A DNA stretch of 64,000 nucleotides from Ylistrum balloti (Eukaryota). Location of the stretch: the NCBI RefSeq assembly GCF_031769215.1, contig NW_026782542.1, positions 496,001 to 560,000 on the forward strand. The letters run 5' to 3'. This document shows, piece by piece, positions 26,961-40,870 of this stretch (its first letter is position 1; each line of letters begins with the position of its first letter). The notes beneath the pieces were generated by a model. It was not told where the DNA came from. It did no database searches and saw nothing but the letters and a program-made list of their open reading frames with translations. A program made the position numbers and the translations under genes.

Positions 26961-29900
26961 GACACTTTTCATCATACACTAACTATTTTCATCGAATACA
27001 CCACTGTCTGTGTCAATAAATGATGCTCTCTATTGATTAAACATCAAGTGAAGATATTTGCTCACAAAGTTCTGACGATATTGATTTTGATAAATTATAC
27101 GGATATTTGTATATAACTGAAATCAATTACTGTAACAGGGCAACAGCGTAAATATGTCGTCATTTAGTTAACGTACTGCTATCCCAACCCGTACAAATTC
27201 TACTAGGAGAAACGATAATATGCCTTAGGTAAAGGTTTGGGGCATAATTTTGTTTTACTTACAATGAAAAATAAACCTGATACCACAAGGATATACCAAG
27301 ATATTAATACATTGATACGTTAGAGATGAAATCAAAATATGATATATTTTCAAGAAACCAAGTACTCAAAATAGATAAGCATTCTTTGTATTGTCTCATC
27401 AACAACCGCCATTGTTCTTATAATGGGTACTGGCTTATAACACATAGAACATATATTCTCGATGATTTGTATAGAAGCCTCTAAATGTCTTCCAAAGAAA
27501 TCTGGAAATAGATCACATTGATATTGCATACCCACAGTCATCTGAAACAGCAAGAGAAAATGGGAATGTGCACGATACCCTCTAAACTTACTGAAAACCA
27601 TCCACATTTTGGTTAGGTATGAAAAGAGAAAGACCACACACAAAGCTCTGGTTAGCGGAAGAGAAAGTGTCTCCATCTTCTTCGACGAAAACGAACAGAT
27701 GTCATCCTAACTCAGGTGATACCAGGCATTCGAGATAACCAGTGTAGATTTTTCTTCTCAATGTTGACAGGAAACTTTTCCACCGTCTTCATTTATTTGC
27801 ATCTCTATATAAACTTTTCCTCGTCAGCGTCCATATGCTTTATATCCGGTAGAAAGTCATAGTATATACACGCCTTTGAATGTCGAACCAACTGCAATAA
27901 AGCCTAGAGGAGCAATAAGCAATAAGGTTATTGTCCAGTAATGGAAAATTGATTTAATTACGTATTTCATACACCTACACAAAACAAATGAATATGTGGA
28001 TATGTCTATTATCTACTGAAGCATGTGTTAATATCTACGTTTTATGTAACTGTGTCAGTAATGAAGCATATCATCTTCGTAACAAATTGAATGTTTTATT
28101 TACAAACATTGTATGTAGTATGAAAAAAATACTATAATTTGATTGTACAGTTTAGATTTCACTTTTAAACTTTTGAATTTAACATCATAATTTCCCATGA
28201 ATTGTTTTAAACCGATAACAACACAGTTATAGGTAGTTTATTGGTATGTTATTAATGATATAAAGCGGGTTAAAACAGATTAACCTATACCTGTTGTTAA
28301 TTGCAAGATGAAATTTCACAGTAAAGATTGTAGGATTACGTGATTACGAGCCACAGTCTGGTTATTACAGCTTGAGATTTTTTAATACCGATATACACGT
28401 AGCAAGTTTTGATTTTTGACGTGATCCATTAATTACTTGCTTAGAAAACTGAATGTTTTATTTATATGTATAGCATGATAAAATGTATAATTTGATTGTA
28501 CAATTTAAAATTCTTTATAAGACTTTTAATATGCTACTGAAATATAAGAAAAAAAATCATAATGTTTGAAATAAACTTTCTTGCTCTATTATCCCAATGT
28601 TGTATCAGGCATCAGATATTTTTTTATTATCAAAAGTCTTAATCATTATTTTGAATGCAGACTTGGTTTTACCACTAAAAAAATACACATGAACTATAAT
28701 CAGTTTTCTATATACCAACTATTATGCTATACTATCGTTTGAAGTGGTAAGAAAGCTGATGTGATCACAGTGCAAATCGCTATGCACCATTAAATGTCAA
28801 AACACACTGGAATAGCAGATGATAAAGTTCTGAAACATCTTTATGCCTGGAATGTTGACTGATTAGTTATGACATTGATGGCTATTGGTAACACGGTGAT
28901 CACGTGATTTCTAAGGTGGGGGGAGCGATCACGTGATTTCTGGATAGCCCACGCCGAATATTAGGAAAACAATTTTTTTCCTGTACAACAAAAATGGCTT
29001 AATGGCAATTCAAGAAAATCGTGATATTGTAGTGGAATTCGTCTTTTGATGTCTATTTTATTTTTGAAATAAAAGGAATTCCTTTGAGTATATTTTTTTC
29101 AATATATGTTACACGTACATGATTGGAGGAGATACAAAATAAAGATGTAAAATGAATAAATAACTATTCTATTTACTGTGTTGTTATTCAGGATAGAGTT
29201 AATTTTTACAGACAGACATACATTAATTACTTGAGTTTAACTGGAGGTGAGACACACCAACAATGGTTTCATCATTACATTGTCGTGTTGTGATAAATTG
29301 CAGTATGACGGGGAACTCAATCTCCGCCAACGTGTTTTTGCGAACTGATAATGCTGCTTGATATAATCTGGGACATATTTCCATGGCTTCAGTCGGCATC
29401 GTGAAGTTAAGCGAAAAAAATAAAAACAAAAAACAAAAATGCCTCGGTAGTGTGTACTTCTTATTCAGAAGTTCTTATCTTAATTTCTATTGATACGTAT
29501 TTAATCAATAATCAATCACCTTCCAATAAATCACGTGTAGTCTGACCCCACGTAAGTGTTTCAAATTTGTCATTTACGAAAGGATAAAAATCACCAAAAT
29601 CTGTGTTTTGTGGAAAATTCTGAATTCAAGTGGAGAAATCTAGGAATAGCAGAAACATAATATATATTTCCAAATCATTTTGTTAAATCTTTAAATCACT
29701 TTGGTTAGAGAATTGGTTTAAAGGGTTAATGTTATTTTTTTTCAATTCATATTCACGATATGTGCATTCTATTAAAATAGCATGTGATCCGAAATGATAA
29801 TTCAAGTCTCGTCCTGACGAAGGAAAATAATAGCAAAGGTATGTGAGGGTACTTTTTTCAACAGTGATATCATCGAATGAATTTCTATAAAACCTGATGG

Positions 29901-31559
29901 AATTTTCATTTTTCTATCGTCTCTAGATTTTACTGAAGAATTTGTCTTTGTTTTGTTTACTTTGTAACAATTCGGTATAATGTGATTTTATGACGAAATA
30001 TGTTTTGTCAATACCAGTTTAAAAATGTCGATATTAATCTAGAATTTTTTCTTTGGTTAATTTCAATACTGTTGATGTTATATACACATCGAATTTTATC
30101 AATAATCACGTGGCACTGTTGTAACACTTTCTGTGTTGCTGTTACAATATATGTCACCAGCTCCAAATCTTTGGACACGACTGGATTTAAAATAACTCGT
30201 TGATGTATCACAGGTCTCAATGGGTTTCTGTAATATCGTAAATAAATGTATATATATATATATGATTTTTCTGCTTCCGAGAAAATCTTAATTAATTTGT
30301 TTGGCTGTTTTTATCTTGAATTATTTTTGTATACGGCTACTTCTCACAAAAAGTAAACAACTAATTGTTTACCTGGAATTGTAAATGACAGCTGAATCGT
30401 TTCTTTATGTTCATGGTCACGTGATTTACAAACATTTCATTTTTCATTTCCATTCGTAAAAATGACGGACTAAATTACTTTATTGAAATACTTGATAAAT
30501 AAACGTGATCATATGCTGAGCCGCACAGTAAAAAAAGTAACAACACAATATATATTTTGTAAATATTTTTATTAGGATAAGTCTGTGCATTATTAAAACC
30601 CAATGTTAAAATAGTATGATAGAACTCTACATACTTACAGAAATAATGATGCCATTGTTAGCACGTGATACATCAAAAATAACACGTGTCAGTAATTGAT
30701 GCCTCCGAACAAAATATGAATGTCAAAACTAATCACAGCCGTAACTTAAACAGCTTCCTTACCTCAATCTTTCATACAATGTTCATCCGTGTTAGAATTA
30801 TTATGTTTACAAGTCCTCGTTTCATCTCCCTCGAGGAGGGCACCTGTCTATCTGATCAGCGCGTTTCTGTTAAATTACTAACTTAAGTGTTAAGTTTTCA
30901 TGTTCTGTCTGTAATGGTAAAAAGGAGTCTTAATTTCACTATATCAGTGTTTTTCTGATCTTCAAAGAACAGCCAGGGCGTCGAAACAATTACAACTGAA
31001 TATACGCGAAACAATATTTCCATCCACACTATAGGGTTGTTATTACAAGCTGTGGAAACATAACGGAGCACAACACCGCAACACAGTGCTTCAGAATACA
31101 GACATCAAAATACACGCGCTGTCCAATTTATCATTTACAAAATGTCTTCGATTGTACTTTTTAATTAAAAGAATGTTTGTTAGCAAATCAAAGATACTTC
31201 TTGTATGTACATATGAATAAGTGAATGTATGTATATATATTTATATATATCAACAATTACAAAGCATCACAGTTACAGCCCAGCACAACACCTACCGTCT
31301 GAAAACACTGCAGGCATACAGAATACTAGAACGAGATTTCCTTTCTGCCATGAATTCCTCGTTGTTTGGAAAATGTTCACGGTACGGAAGTTAAATTATC
31401 CAGCAATAGTCCAAAAACGATATCATTTTCACTCTCAGATCTATACATTGTCAAGATCAATGTCGAGAAAACATTCGTTAAGTTCAACGGGGAAAACTGA
31501 GTGTCATCATTTATTCACGTTTGCTATGCTGAAACCAAGAGTTGGTAGATGACATTCCT

Positions 31560-32030
31560 TTGGGTATAAAAGACAATCTGCTCTTCGGCACAAATCACTG
31601 AGCTTGCCTTAAACAGAAAAAAGGTCAATCAACAAAGCATCTCAGCGTTAAAATAAACGTAGTGTTTTCGAGTTAGTAGCTGAGATAATCCTCATGATCT
31701 TCCGTGATCCCTGATGTTTCCCTCTCGCAATCGCGTATCTCTCTGCTAGTCTGTTGGGCCGTTCCGAGTGGTGGTCAGCATACAAGTCAGGCGCATGTAC
31801 GCCTTTGACATTAGCGCGTGCCACCACAGAAACAGTGGCGCGTGCCGCTGTGGTAACATACGATTGGGGAAGTGTGCACTGGCCTGTGGTGCCGGGGAAC
31901 AGTATTGCGATTAATCCGCTCATCGAGCTTGGCTCTGTATCTTCCTATAGCGCGGAGCAGTTGTATAGCGCACAATCGCTCCTTGCTAGGACAGCATCGC
32001 TTATGAACGTACTATCTTCATCTCCAATAC
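31560..32030 (+). promoter_or_regulatory. Candidate core promoter / CpG-rich 5' region of the neuroligin-like gene
   Basis: TATAAAAG at 31565-31572 lies 32 nt before an initiator-like TCACT (A at 31597). About 25 CpG occur in 31650-32030 (eye count) against an AT-rich background, and there is an ATTGG box at about 31864. The region is about 1 kb upstream of the ATG. Confidence 0.45.
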
Positions 32031-32682
32031 AGATATTGGACAACGAGTGTTTATTCGTGTTTCTAAGAAATTCTACACGAGAGAACAAAGGAAATCAATA
32101 CTTTTTACTGATATACGGTGCCGTAAATGATTGAGTACACTTTCTTCTTATTTCACATTTTATTTAAAAAATATTTATCCATAAGAGAAACGGCAGAACT
32201 TTGTGCGACGTTTTACATTATAACACTATATATGGGATGATAAAGTCGTATCTATCTTACGGGACGCACAGAAGGCAAACTTCGGTCAACTTTGTTCATT
32301 TTTAAAGGGAAATGGAAAAAAGGCTTTGAGTGAAATTATCTAACAAGCTTCTCGTATAATGTGAAACCAATGACTCGTTTGGTCTAACTAGTATGTCGGT
32401 AATTATATAACATTATCTGGGTGTGCTCAGAACCTGACCGAAAGTATCAGAGCCAATAGTTGATTGAGAGGTCTATGGAATGGCTAGATAATTTAATTTT
32501 GGAAACGATCAGATATACACTAGATCTATGAGCCAGGTGATGACTCGATTTTCACTATTGATCTCAGCCGATTAGCCTTTCTCCCGTCATTCGTGAGTTT
32601 GTTTGAAGGTAAGGAGGCTAGATTTCTCACAACGCGAGGCCAACATTTCAACGAAACACTGGATTATCTTCGTTCATCAACG

Positions 32683-33112
32683 ATGTTTCTAAAATTTTGG
32701 GATTTACTTGCTGTTGTCGTTGTTTGTGTCTTCTTTGTGAATGCGTCCACTGCCCAGGCAGGAGTTGGCATGGGGAAACGCATCATCAGTACCAGGTATG
32801 GAAATGTACAGGGAGTCCTAAAGGAGTTCCAACCCCATACAAAGCTTAAACCTGTGGAGGCGTTTTATGGGCTACAATATAGTACCACTTTGGGTTTTAG
32901 GTATATGCCCCCATCCAGTCCGCTGGAGCACTGGCTGGGGCTACGTTTGGCCCTTATATATCGTGATGTGTGTCCCCAGCCCCTCATTAATGAGAGGGCC
33001 CTTAAATATCAGTACCCTAAACATCGCGTGGAACACCTGAAGAAGTTAGCAGCTTATGTTTCAACACAGACGGAGGATTGTCTTAAACTTAATCTCTTCG
33101 TACCAGTCACAG
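32683..33112 (+). CDS. First coding exon of a neuroligin-like (type-B carboxylesterase/cholinesterase fold) cell-surface protein; partial CDS
   Basis: ATG at 32683 starts a signal peptide, MFLKFWDLLAVVVVCVFFVNASTAQA. It is followed by RIISTRYGNVQG, PVEAFYGLQY, FRYMPP, CPQ and QTEDCLKLNLFVP. The Cys-to-Cys loop is 37 residues inclusive, matching neuroligin-1 C117-C153 rather than the 28 of Torpedo acetylcholinesterase C67-C94. The exon ends at the phase-1 donor AG|GTAAGT (33113). A possible upstream acceptor is TCTCAG at 32567. Paralog identity cannot be assigned. Confidence 0.9.
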
Positions 33113-36100
33113 GTAAGTCACCTCTTCAGAAATCTTAAGGTTTCAACGATTTGTCATTTATTACAGCGAAACAACACTTCTATTTAACTGTGACATGTCA
33201 TTTTATCGTGGAGTTATGTTCTACAGTACCGTTATATTGCGAGGTTTTCCTAAAACATTAATACACGTGCTTTATTCCTTGACCTAGATTTTGAAGGTAT
33301 GAGAGCACGTGCTTCTCTGTTGATATTAGTATTTTCTAGAGAAATACCTAACTGTTGTACATCGTCCTGGGAAATTCGTGATTCTGTTTCTAGAATATAG
33401 GCATATGATGAAACTAAATGATTAATATTTAACATATATTGCTAATACGTCATAGTAGTGTCTTCAACTATCCATATATTCATTGTAAAGTGACCTATGA
33501 TATCTTACAGGACAAAAACTTTTACAGAAACCTAACAAATTATATTTCTGTTGATTTCTAGTCAACTCGTGTTACAATTAAAGATAAAATATCAAGAATG
33601 GCTAATTATGACAACAATGTATAAGATAACTAAACCATTATCCCAGTAACTGCTGCAGCAAAACGTAGTCAGTGATCTTCCTGTCTGTATTTCATATTCG
33701 TGTAAGGAAAGGTACATAGTGTTATTTTATTTATAACCTACATGTCATCGGTAGGTCTCGGATGTGATTGATTAACGCCGATGATGACCTATAGATATAG
33801 TCCTGCTCTCACGCAATCCTACTTCCGCCTCTAGTACATTAATCTAAAACTATATAATTCCGAGATGTACCGAAAGTACAATTTTGAGGCTATACTGTAC
33901 AAAAGGCTTTGTATCTTTTGTGTATAAAAGTATAAACGATGTATTTTAACTGTACAACACGAATGAGAGTCAGCATCGATGATCAATGTAAACAAATGAT
34001 GTATTTGTTTGCACAACAAATGTCGTGACTTGTAGCTATATGTCCAATGTAATATATCTGAAAATTCTCATATGTGTTGATCTTCACCTCGAAAATAATG
34101 AGAATTAGAACCAAGCAGTGTTTTATACAAACACCATAGCTGTTAATACTAAAATACACAGGGAACAAAACGATGTAAGCATGCAACATTGTGCTAAAGC
34201 TATCTTAGGTAGTACTTTTTAACAACGTAAAATAATGGAGATGATATCAAAGTGTCTCCCTACAAATCGGTAAAAATGTACTTGAGATTCAATATGATTT
34301 ACTTTGAGTTTACACTTTCAAGTATATACGACCTAGTATTTGTAGCTGAGATGGGATGCGTGATCTATAACAAGAAGCTACCTTTCTCTGTAAATACTGA
34401 TGGATTAAACACCATCTTGTTTTTATCACGTGTGTCGTGTAATCACGTGGCTTCAGTCTAATCCACCACCGGAAGCAGACCATCAGTACGCTTGTATTGA
34501 ATCAGGTTTTACATGAGTCTATGAAGTAGGCGCTGATTTGGCGTATTGACGTGTCTGGGTAGTACAAGCTCTTTTGAATTAGTGTAATGGAAATGTTGTC
34601 CAGACTAGTGTTTGGGGGATTAGGAACAAAACAGTCATATCACGTGTAAAACGTGCGCTATTATACCCATTTAAGATATAAAAACAGCTTTTTAAGCACG
34701 AGAATAAATACGGCTAATTCTTACTGGACATAGTGTAAAGTGACCGCTGTCATGGCATTTTGAAAATATTGACTTCTGATATCACCAAACCATAAATATA
34801 AATGTCGTTGCCGATAGATCGGGCGATGTGGTTGGGAAATTTGTGTAGCAGAAATGTTATGAATCTGTATTTATCTGTATGATTCTGTAGTAGGTTCTTT
34901 TTTTGTAGTGATTTAACAAATTAATTATCGAATTTCCAAACAAGTCTACAAACAAAGATAAGTTTGGGTTTCATACCGTGGTAGAAAGCAGATATAACGG
35001 ATCAATACTTGGTTGCACACGGTTTGAAATGCTTACACAGAACACACGTGTTTTCATGGATTGTATTTGTGGAACTCTCACGTGCTGTTTGTTGTGTTGG
35101 CAACAAAATATAAACAGCGTCTTGTATATATTTGGTTTTCATGATGAGTTTAAATTTCATTTCTTCAAGCATTCCAAATATGGAGTAAACAAAAACATAT
35201 ATTTAGAGAGTATGTGGTGTACACTATTTATACCAAAGACAATAGGAACACGTACTCAAACCAGCAAAACGATATGTAGACCTCCGCGTTGGATTTTTCG
35301 GGGTTTATATTTGTGAGCACTGTGTTGTTTTATCTATATATATATATATCAAAGTTACCTATGAACTCCATATTTTACGTAAGTACTAGCTATTATTTAC
35401 CGCCAGTGTGTACAGAGTTTGTGTGGGAAGTGAGTGTTACGTGTTATTCCAGTCGATAGAGCTACTACAAAAATGACTACATAGAAGTTTTATCGCCTCG
35501 TCAAACCGAAGCTTTGGTATACGTAAATGGTTTACTTAAAACATAAATAGATCCAATATCTGTCAGCGATAGTTACATGTGTGCACAATGTATTCGATAA
35601 TTAAATTTAATTCTCAAATAATAATTAACAGTACTGTCTGAATTGAACCTTTGTCTTATTCAGGTCTTAGATTCACCCTAAAACATTGCTCACATTTCAC
35701 CTTTATCTTTAAGCCTTAATTTCACCTTAAGGACTTATAGGCGAAATTGGAACTATAACTAACGCTGCCTCGAAAACAGTACGTACTTAATAAATCGATA
35801 CACATATTTTGAAAACTTAATGAAGACATTTATAAATGCAGCCGTAAACAAGAGGATTCAAATTTATAGAAAACACAATCGCTTTATGCATTCTCCGTCA
35901 CGGTGATATCTCGTCTAGGGAGTGAAGGCTGTAGATCAAACAGAGGTTAAGTGCAAGATGTCGTTACTGGTTTTAAATTAGAATGGATAATTAGCCTGAA
36001 ATTTAAACTGCCTGCATACTGTCAATAGTTCGACATCTTTCGTAAAGATGATTATACCAACAGCAAATAAAGAATTTTTGAAACACTATACATCATTTCA

Positions 36101-36750
36101 TATCACACAACAAAAGTTGGTTCCTAATTGATGAGTTGATACTATGATCGTAAAAAGTTGCATTTTGTAGTGTTTCCAGTGAGAGACGTTAGCCTTTCAT
36201 GGAAATAAACTGATTCAAGAATCTGGAAGATTTTTTTCAGAAATATCTCCTCTGATTCAAACTCCTTATTTCAATAACAAATTACATATATATATTCCAC
36301 AAATGCTGATTTTATCAAAACAAAAAAGTAAATGTAACCATTTTGTAACTTCAAGTCAAATTAGAATTACTTTCGGAAGTAAACGATTCTTCATTTACGT
36401 CTCCTTATTTCGGTTTCCAATAATCAACTCGTCAAATGGGAACTACAGCTAGGCATACACTAGTGCGATTAGTGTCTGTTAACTTCTGTACAGAATATAA
36501 AGGTATTAATTATGGATATGTCACAAATCACAGGTATCATACATGGCAAAATAAACAAACCTTAACTTCAAAACAGCTGACAATTTGGACTAAAATGACA
36601 TGACTTGACTTCTTATTTTTTATATTCGTGAGTTTTGCGGGAGGGGGGTGGTGGGGGGTGGGGTCAGGCGACATCCCAAAGCCGATCAAAGTTGTCGGAC
36701 ACTATGGAATTTTATGCTACAAGCTTGGTCAGCTCATACCACAAAAAGCC

Positions 36751-37560
36751 GGACATCGTTCACTGATGTACCAGGATGTTGGACATCGTTCACTAATGTA
36801 CCAGGAAAGTGGACATCGTTCACTAATGTACCAGGAAAGTGGACATCGTTCACTGATGTACCATGATGTCGGACATCGTTCACAGATGTACTAGAAAGTC
36901 GGTTATCGTTCACTGATGTACCAGGATGTCGGACATCGTTCACTAATGTACCATGATGTCGGACATCGTTCACTGATGTACCAGAAAGTCGGACATCGTT
37001 CACTGATGTACCAGGAAGTCCGTTATCGTTCACTGATGTACCATGATGTCGGACATCGTTCACTAATGTACCATGGTGTCGGACATCGTTCACTGATGTA
37101 CCAGAAAGTCGGACATCGTTCACTGATGTACTAGGAAGTCGGACATCGTTCACTGATGTACCAGGAATTCGGACATCGTTCACTGATGTACCAGGAAGTC
37201 GGGACATCGTTCACTGATATTCCAGGAAGTTAGACATTGTTCACTGAACTGATGTACTAGGAAAGATGGACATCGTTCACTGATGTACCAGGAAGTTAGA
37301 CATTGTTCACTGAACTGATGTACTAGGAAAGATGGACATCGTTCACTGATGTACCAGAAAGTCGGACATCGTTCACTGATGTACTAGGAAGTCGGACATC
37401 GTTCACTGATGTACCAGGAATTCGGACATCGTTCACTGATGTACCAGGAAGTCGGGACATCGTTCACTGATATTCCAGGAAGTTAGACATTGTTCACTGA
37501 ACTGATGTACTAGGAAAGATGGACATCGTTCACTGATGTACCAGGAAGTTAGACATTGTC
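36751..37560. repeat. 30-bp minisatellite, about 26 copies
   Basis: GGACATCGTTCACTGATGTACCAGGAAGTC, with 31- and 36-bp variants in the right third. Confidence 0.97.
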
Positions 37561-39096
37561 TGCAGAGGAAACAGAAAGTCTGGCACTAAAACGTATATCA
37601 TCTCAAATATCAATTCATATACACTGTACACGAGTCGTTATATATAAACCCAAATCCACACTGTAGCATTCTGCTTATCGATGCGGGATATCTATTTCGG
37701 ATCCAGAGGAAAATTATTAACTTAACATGTCAGTTGGCCTATATTTTCGTATAGAAGCATCAAGTAAAATTAATTAAAACCTAAATATATCTTATCAAGG
37801 TCATAACACATCATTCAATTTATATATAGTACGTACAACTAAATTCGTTCCTTATTTTGGGTATTTTTTGTTTTTAGTATGTACATTTAAATGTAGATAT
37901 GCTTTAAACACTGCCTCTGTGTATACGGTATTTAGCAATGAATAAGCTAAAACAAGCGTGTTAACAAGCTTGATTATAAAATATTTATCGTACAAAATTA
38001 ATTTGTTGCACGGGTATAAAATCTTATTGTATTTTATTAATGCAATTTATAATGATAGAAATTAAATTCCATCTGTAAAACAATCAACGTCTTTAATGTT
38101 ACAGGATATAAATTAGTGTATTTATTTGGCATACAGATCAAACGAGTCACTTAAAACTGTTTAATTTGTACGAAAATGTGAATTATTTTAGAGGTTATAT
38201 CGGAAAGCTATTGTTAAGTAACGTCGACACTGCAGAACGCGTCAGTGCTCATGTTTCTACATATGAAACATTACTCATTCCTATCTAACACCATCTGTCA
38301 TCAATTGAAATCCCAACATTTTATGTAAATGGTGAACAAAAACAAACCTACCCATCAGTCCATAGTCAGAGTATTGATGTGTAAATTAAATACATAAGCG
38401 ATGTTTTCAAATTTGTTTTCAAGATTTTTTTTTCAGAGCAGTTAAACAAATATAAGTATCTTGCTTTATTACATCAAGTTCTCAACAACAGAACCTCCGC
38501 TTGTTTCGAGCAATTTGATTATATTGTGTGATTTCAAAATTTGAAATATTGCGTTACATCCACACTCATGTGGAAAAATGACATTTTAAATTCGTTTGTG
38601 GGAAGTTATACTGCAATATGCAGAATTCAAAAGGTCTTGTAATTTTAATCAGGTGCTGTCTGTCGTTTTCTGGTTATTAAATAGTCATTATTGAAACTCC
38701 TAAAGACTATTGATTATTGATGCTACTCAGAATTACACCAGAATTTTAACAAACACAAAAATAACAAGACGGCAGTTTTATTCTCAAACAAGTCAGGATG
38801 TCTTCTTTTCGTGCTCACGTAAGTCTGAAGGATAATCTCGAGGTAATTACGGTGTAAAGCAGAGTTAGCAGAGTGAGACAAAACAATATCGTACGGCTAA
38901 ACGGTCACGTGATCTATACAGGTTACGTTGGAATTGCTATTTTAATTTCGTCATACTTTCTACTGTCATACACAATTATGTAATAAAAACGATTTTGTAT
39001 TGGGTATCGCGTAGTAGGCTGTTTGAACTGCTATACTGTCTGAGGAGACAGAAGATATATGGGAACCGTGGTATAACTGTAACGATTATTGAATAA

Positions 39097-40870
39097 TGTC
39101 TAACTTCAAGGATATAGACATGATAAGTGTCTGTCAGGATATGTCAGTGAAATCTAACTGTCAGGATATGCCAATGAAATCTAACTGTCAGGACATGTCA
39201 GTGAAATCTAACTGCCAGGATATGTCAGTGAAATCTAACTGTCAGGATATGTCAATGAAATCTAACTGTCAGGATATGTCAATGAAATCTAACTGTCAGG
39301 ATATGTCAGCGAAATTTAACTGTCAGGATATGTCAGTGAAATATAACTGTCAGGATATGTCAATGAAATCTAACTGTCTGGATATGTCAGCGAAATCTAA
39401 CTGTCAGGATATGTCAATGACATCTAACTGTCAGGATATGTCAGTGGAATCTAACTGTCAGACTTTGTCACTGAAATATAACTGTCAGGATATGTCAGTG
39501 AAATCTAATTGTCAGGATATGTCAATAAAATCTAACTTTCAGGATATGTCAATGAAATCTAACTGTCAGGATATGTCAGTAACATCTAACTGTCACGATA
39601 TGTCAATGACATCTAACTGTCAGGATATGCCAGGGAAATCTAACTGTCTGGATATGTCAATGAAATCTAACTGTCAGGATATGTCAGTGAAATCTAACTG
39701 TCAGGATATGTCAATGACATCTAACTGTCAGATATGTCAATGAAATCTAACTGTCAGACTTTGTCACTGAAATCTAACTGTCAGGATATGTCAGTGAAAT
39801 CTAATTGTCAGGATATGTCAGTGACATATAACTGTCAGGATATGTCAATGACATCTAACTGTCAGGATATGTCAGTGAAATCTAACTGTCTGGATATGTC
39901 AATAAAATCTAACTGTCAGGATATGTCAGTGAAATCTAACTGTCAGGATATGTGAATGAAATCTAACTGTCAGGATATGTCAATGGCATCTAACTGTCAG
40001 ATATGTCAATGACATCTAACTGTCAGGATATGTCAATGACATCTAACTGTCAGATATGTCAATGAAATCTAACTGTCAGGATATGTCAATGACATCTCAC
40101 TGTCAGGATATGTCAATGAAATCTAACTGTCAGGATATGTCAATGAAATCTAACTGTCAGGATATGTCAATGGCATCTAACTGTCAGATATGTCAATGAC
40201 ATCTAACTGACAGGATATGTCAATAACATCTAACTGTCAGGATATGTCAATGTCATCTAACTGTCAGGATATGTCAATAACATCTAACTGTCAGGATATG
40301 TCAATGTCATCTAACTGTCATGATATGTCAATGAAATCTAACTGTCAGGATATGTCAATGACATCTAAATGTCAGGATATGTCACTGAAATCTAACTGTC
40401 AGGATATGTCAATGACATCTTACTGTCAGGATATGTCAGTGAAATCTAACTGTCAGGATATGTCAATGAAATCTAACTGACAGGATATGTCAATGTCAAC
40501 TAACTGTCAGGATATGTCTGTGAAATCTAACTGTCAGTATATGTCAATGACATCTAACTGTCAGATATGTCAATGACATCTAACTGTCAGGATATGTCAG
40601 TGAAATCTAACTGTCAGGATATGTCAATGAAATCTAACTGTCAGGATATGTCAGTGAAATCTAACTGTCAGTATATGTCGATGAAATTTAACTGACATGA
40701 TATGTCAATGAAATCTAACTGTCAGGATATGTCACTGAAATCTAACTGTCAGGATATGTCAATGACATCTAACTGTCAGGATATGTCAATGACATCTAAT
40801 TGTCAGGATATGTCGATGAAATCTAACTGTCAGGATATATGAATGATATCTTACCGTCAGGATATAGAAA
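39097..40870. repeat. 27-bp minisatellite, about 64 copies
   Basis: TCTAACTGTCAGGATATGTCAATGAAA. Occasional 26-bp units shift the reading frame, and the array decays at the right end. Confidence 0.97.

Noticed and set aside
27350-27900. Minus-strand GTAAGT...TTTCAG intron-like segment (27542-27591) with coding-looking flanks
   Set aside because: The intron would be only 50 nt, most joined frames stop quickly, and no family is recognisable. It may be a decayed gene; a translated search is needed.
32606-32614. Consensus-like donor AAG|GTAAGG upstream of the ATG
   Set aside because: There is no suitable acceptor before 32683, so its use would skip the start codon. It cannot be supported without transcripts.
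36628-37207. Repeat ORFs (GHRSLMYQ.. and GTSVNDVR..)
   Set aside because: The 30-bp unit is a multiple of 3 and is open in several frames on both strands, typical of a non-coding minisatellite.
39096-40480. Cys/Met-rich repeat ORFs (SNCQDMSMK)n of 215, 73 and 87 aa
   Set aside because: They are translations of the 27-bp array. Single-base deletions and in-frame TGA break the frame, and there are no splice or signal features.
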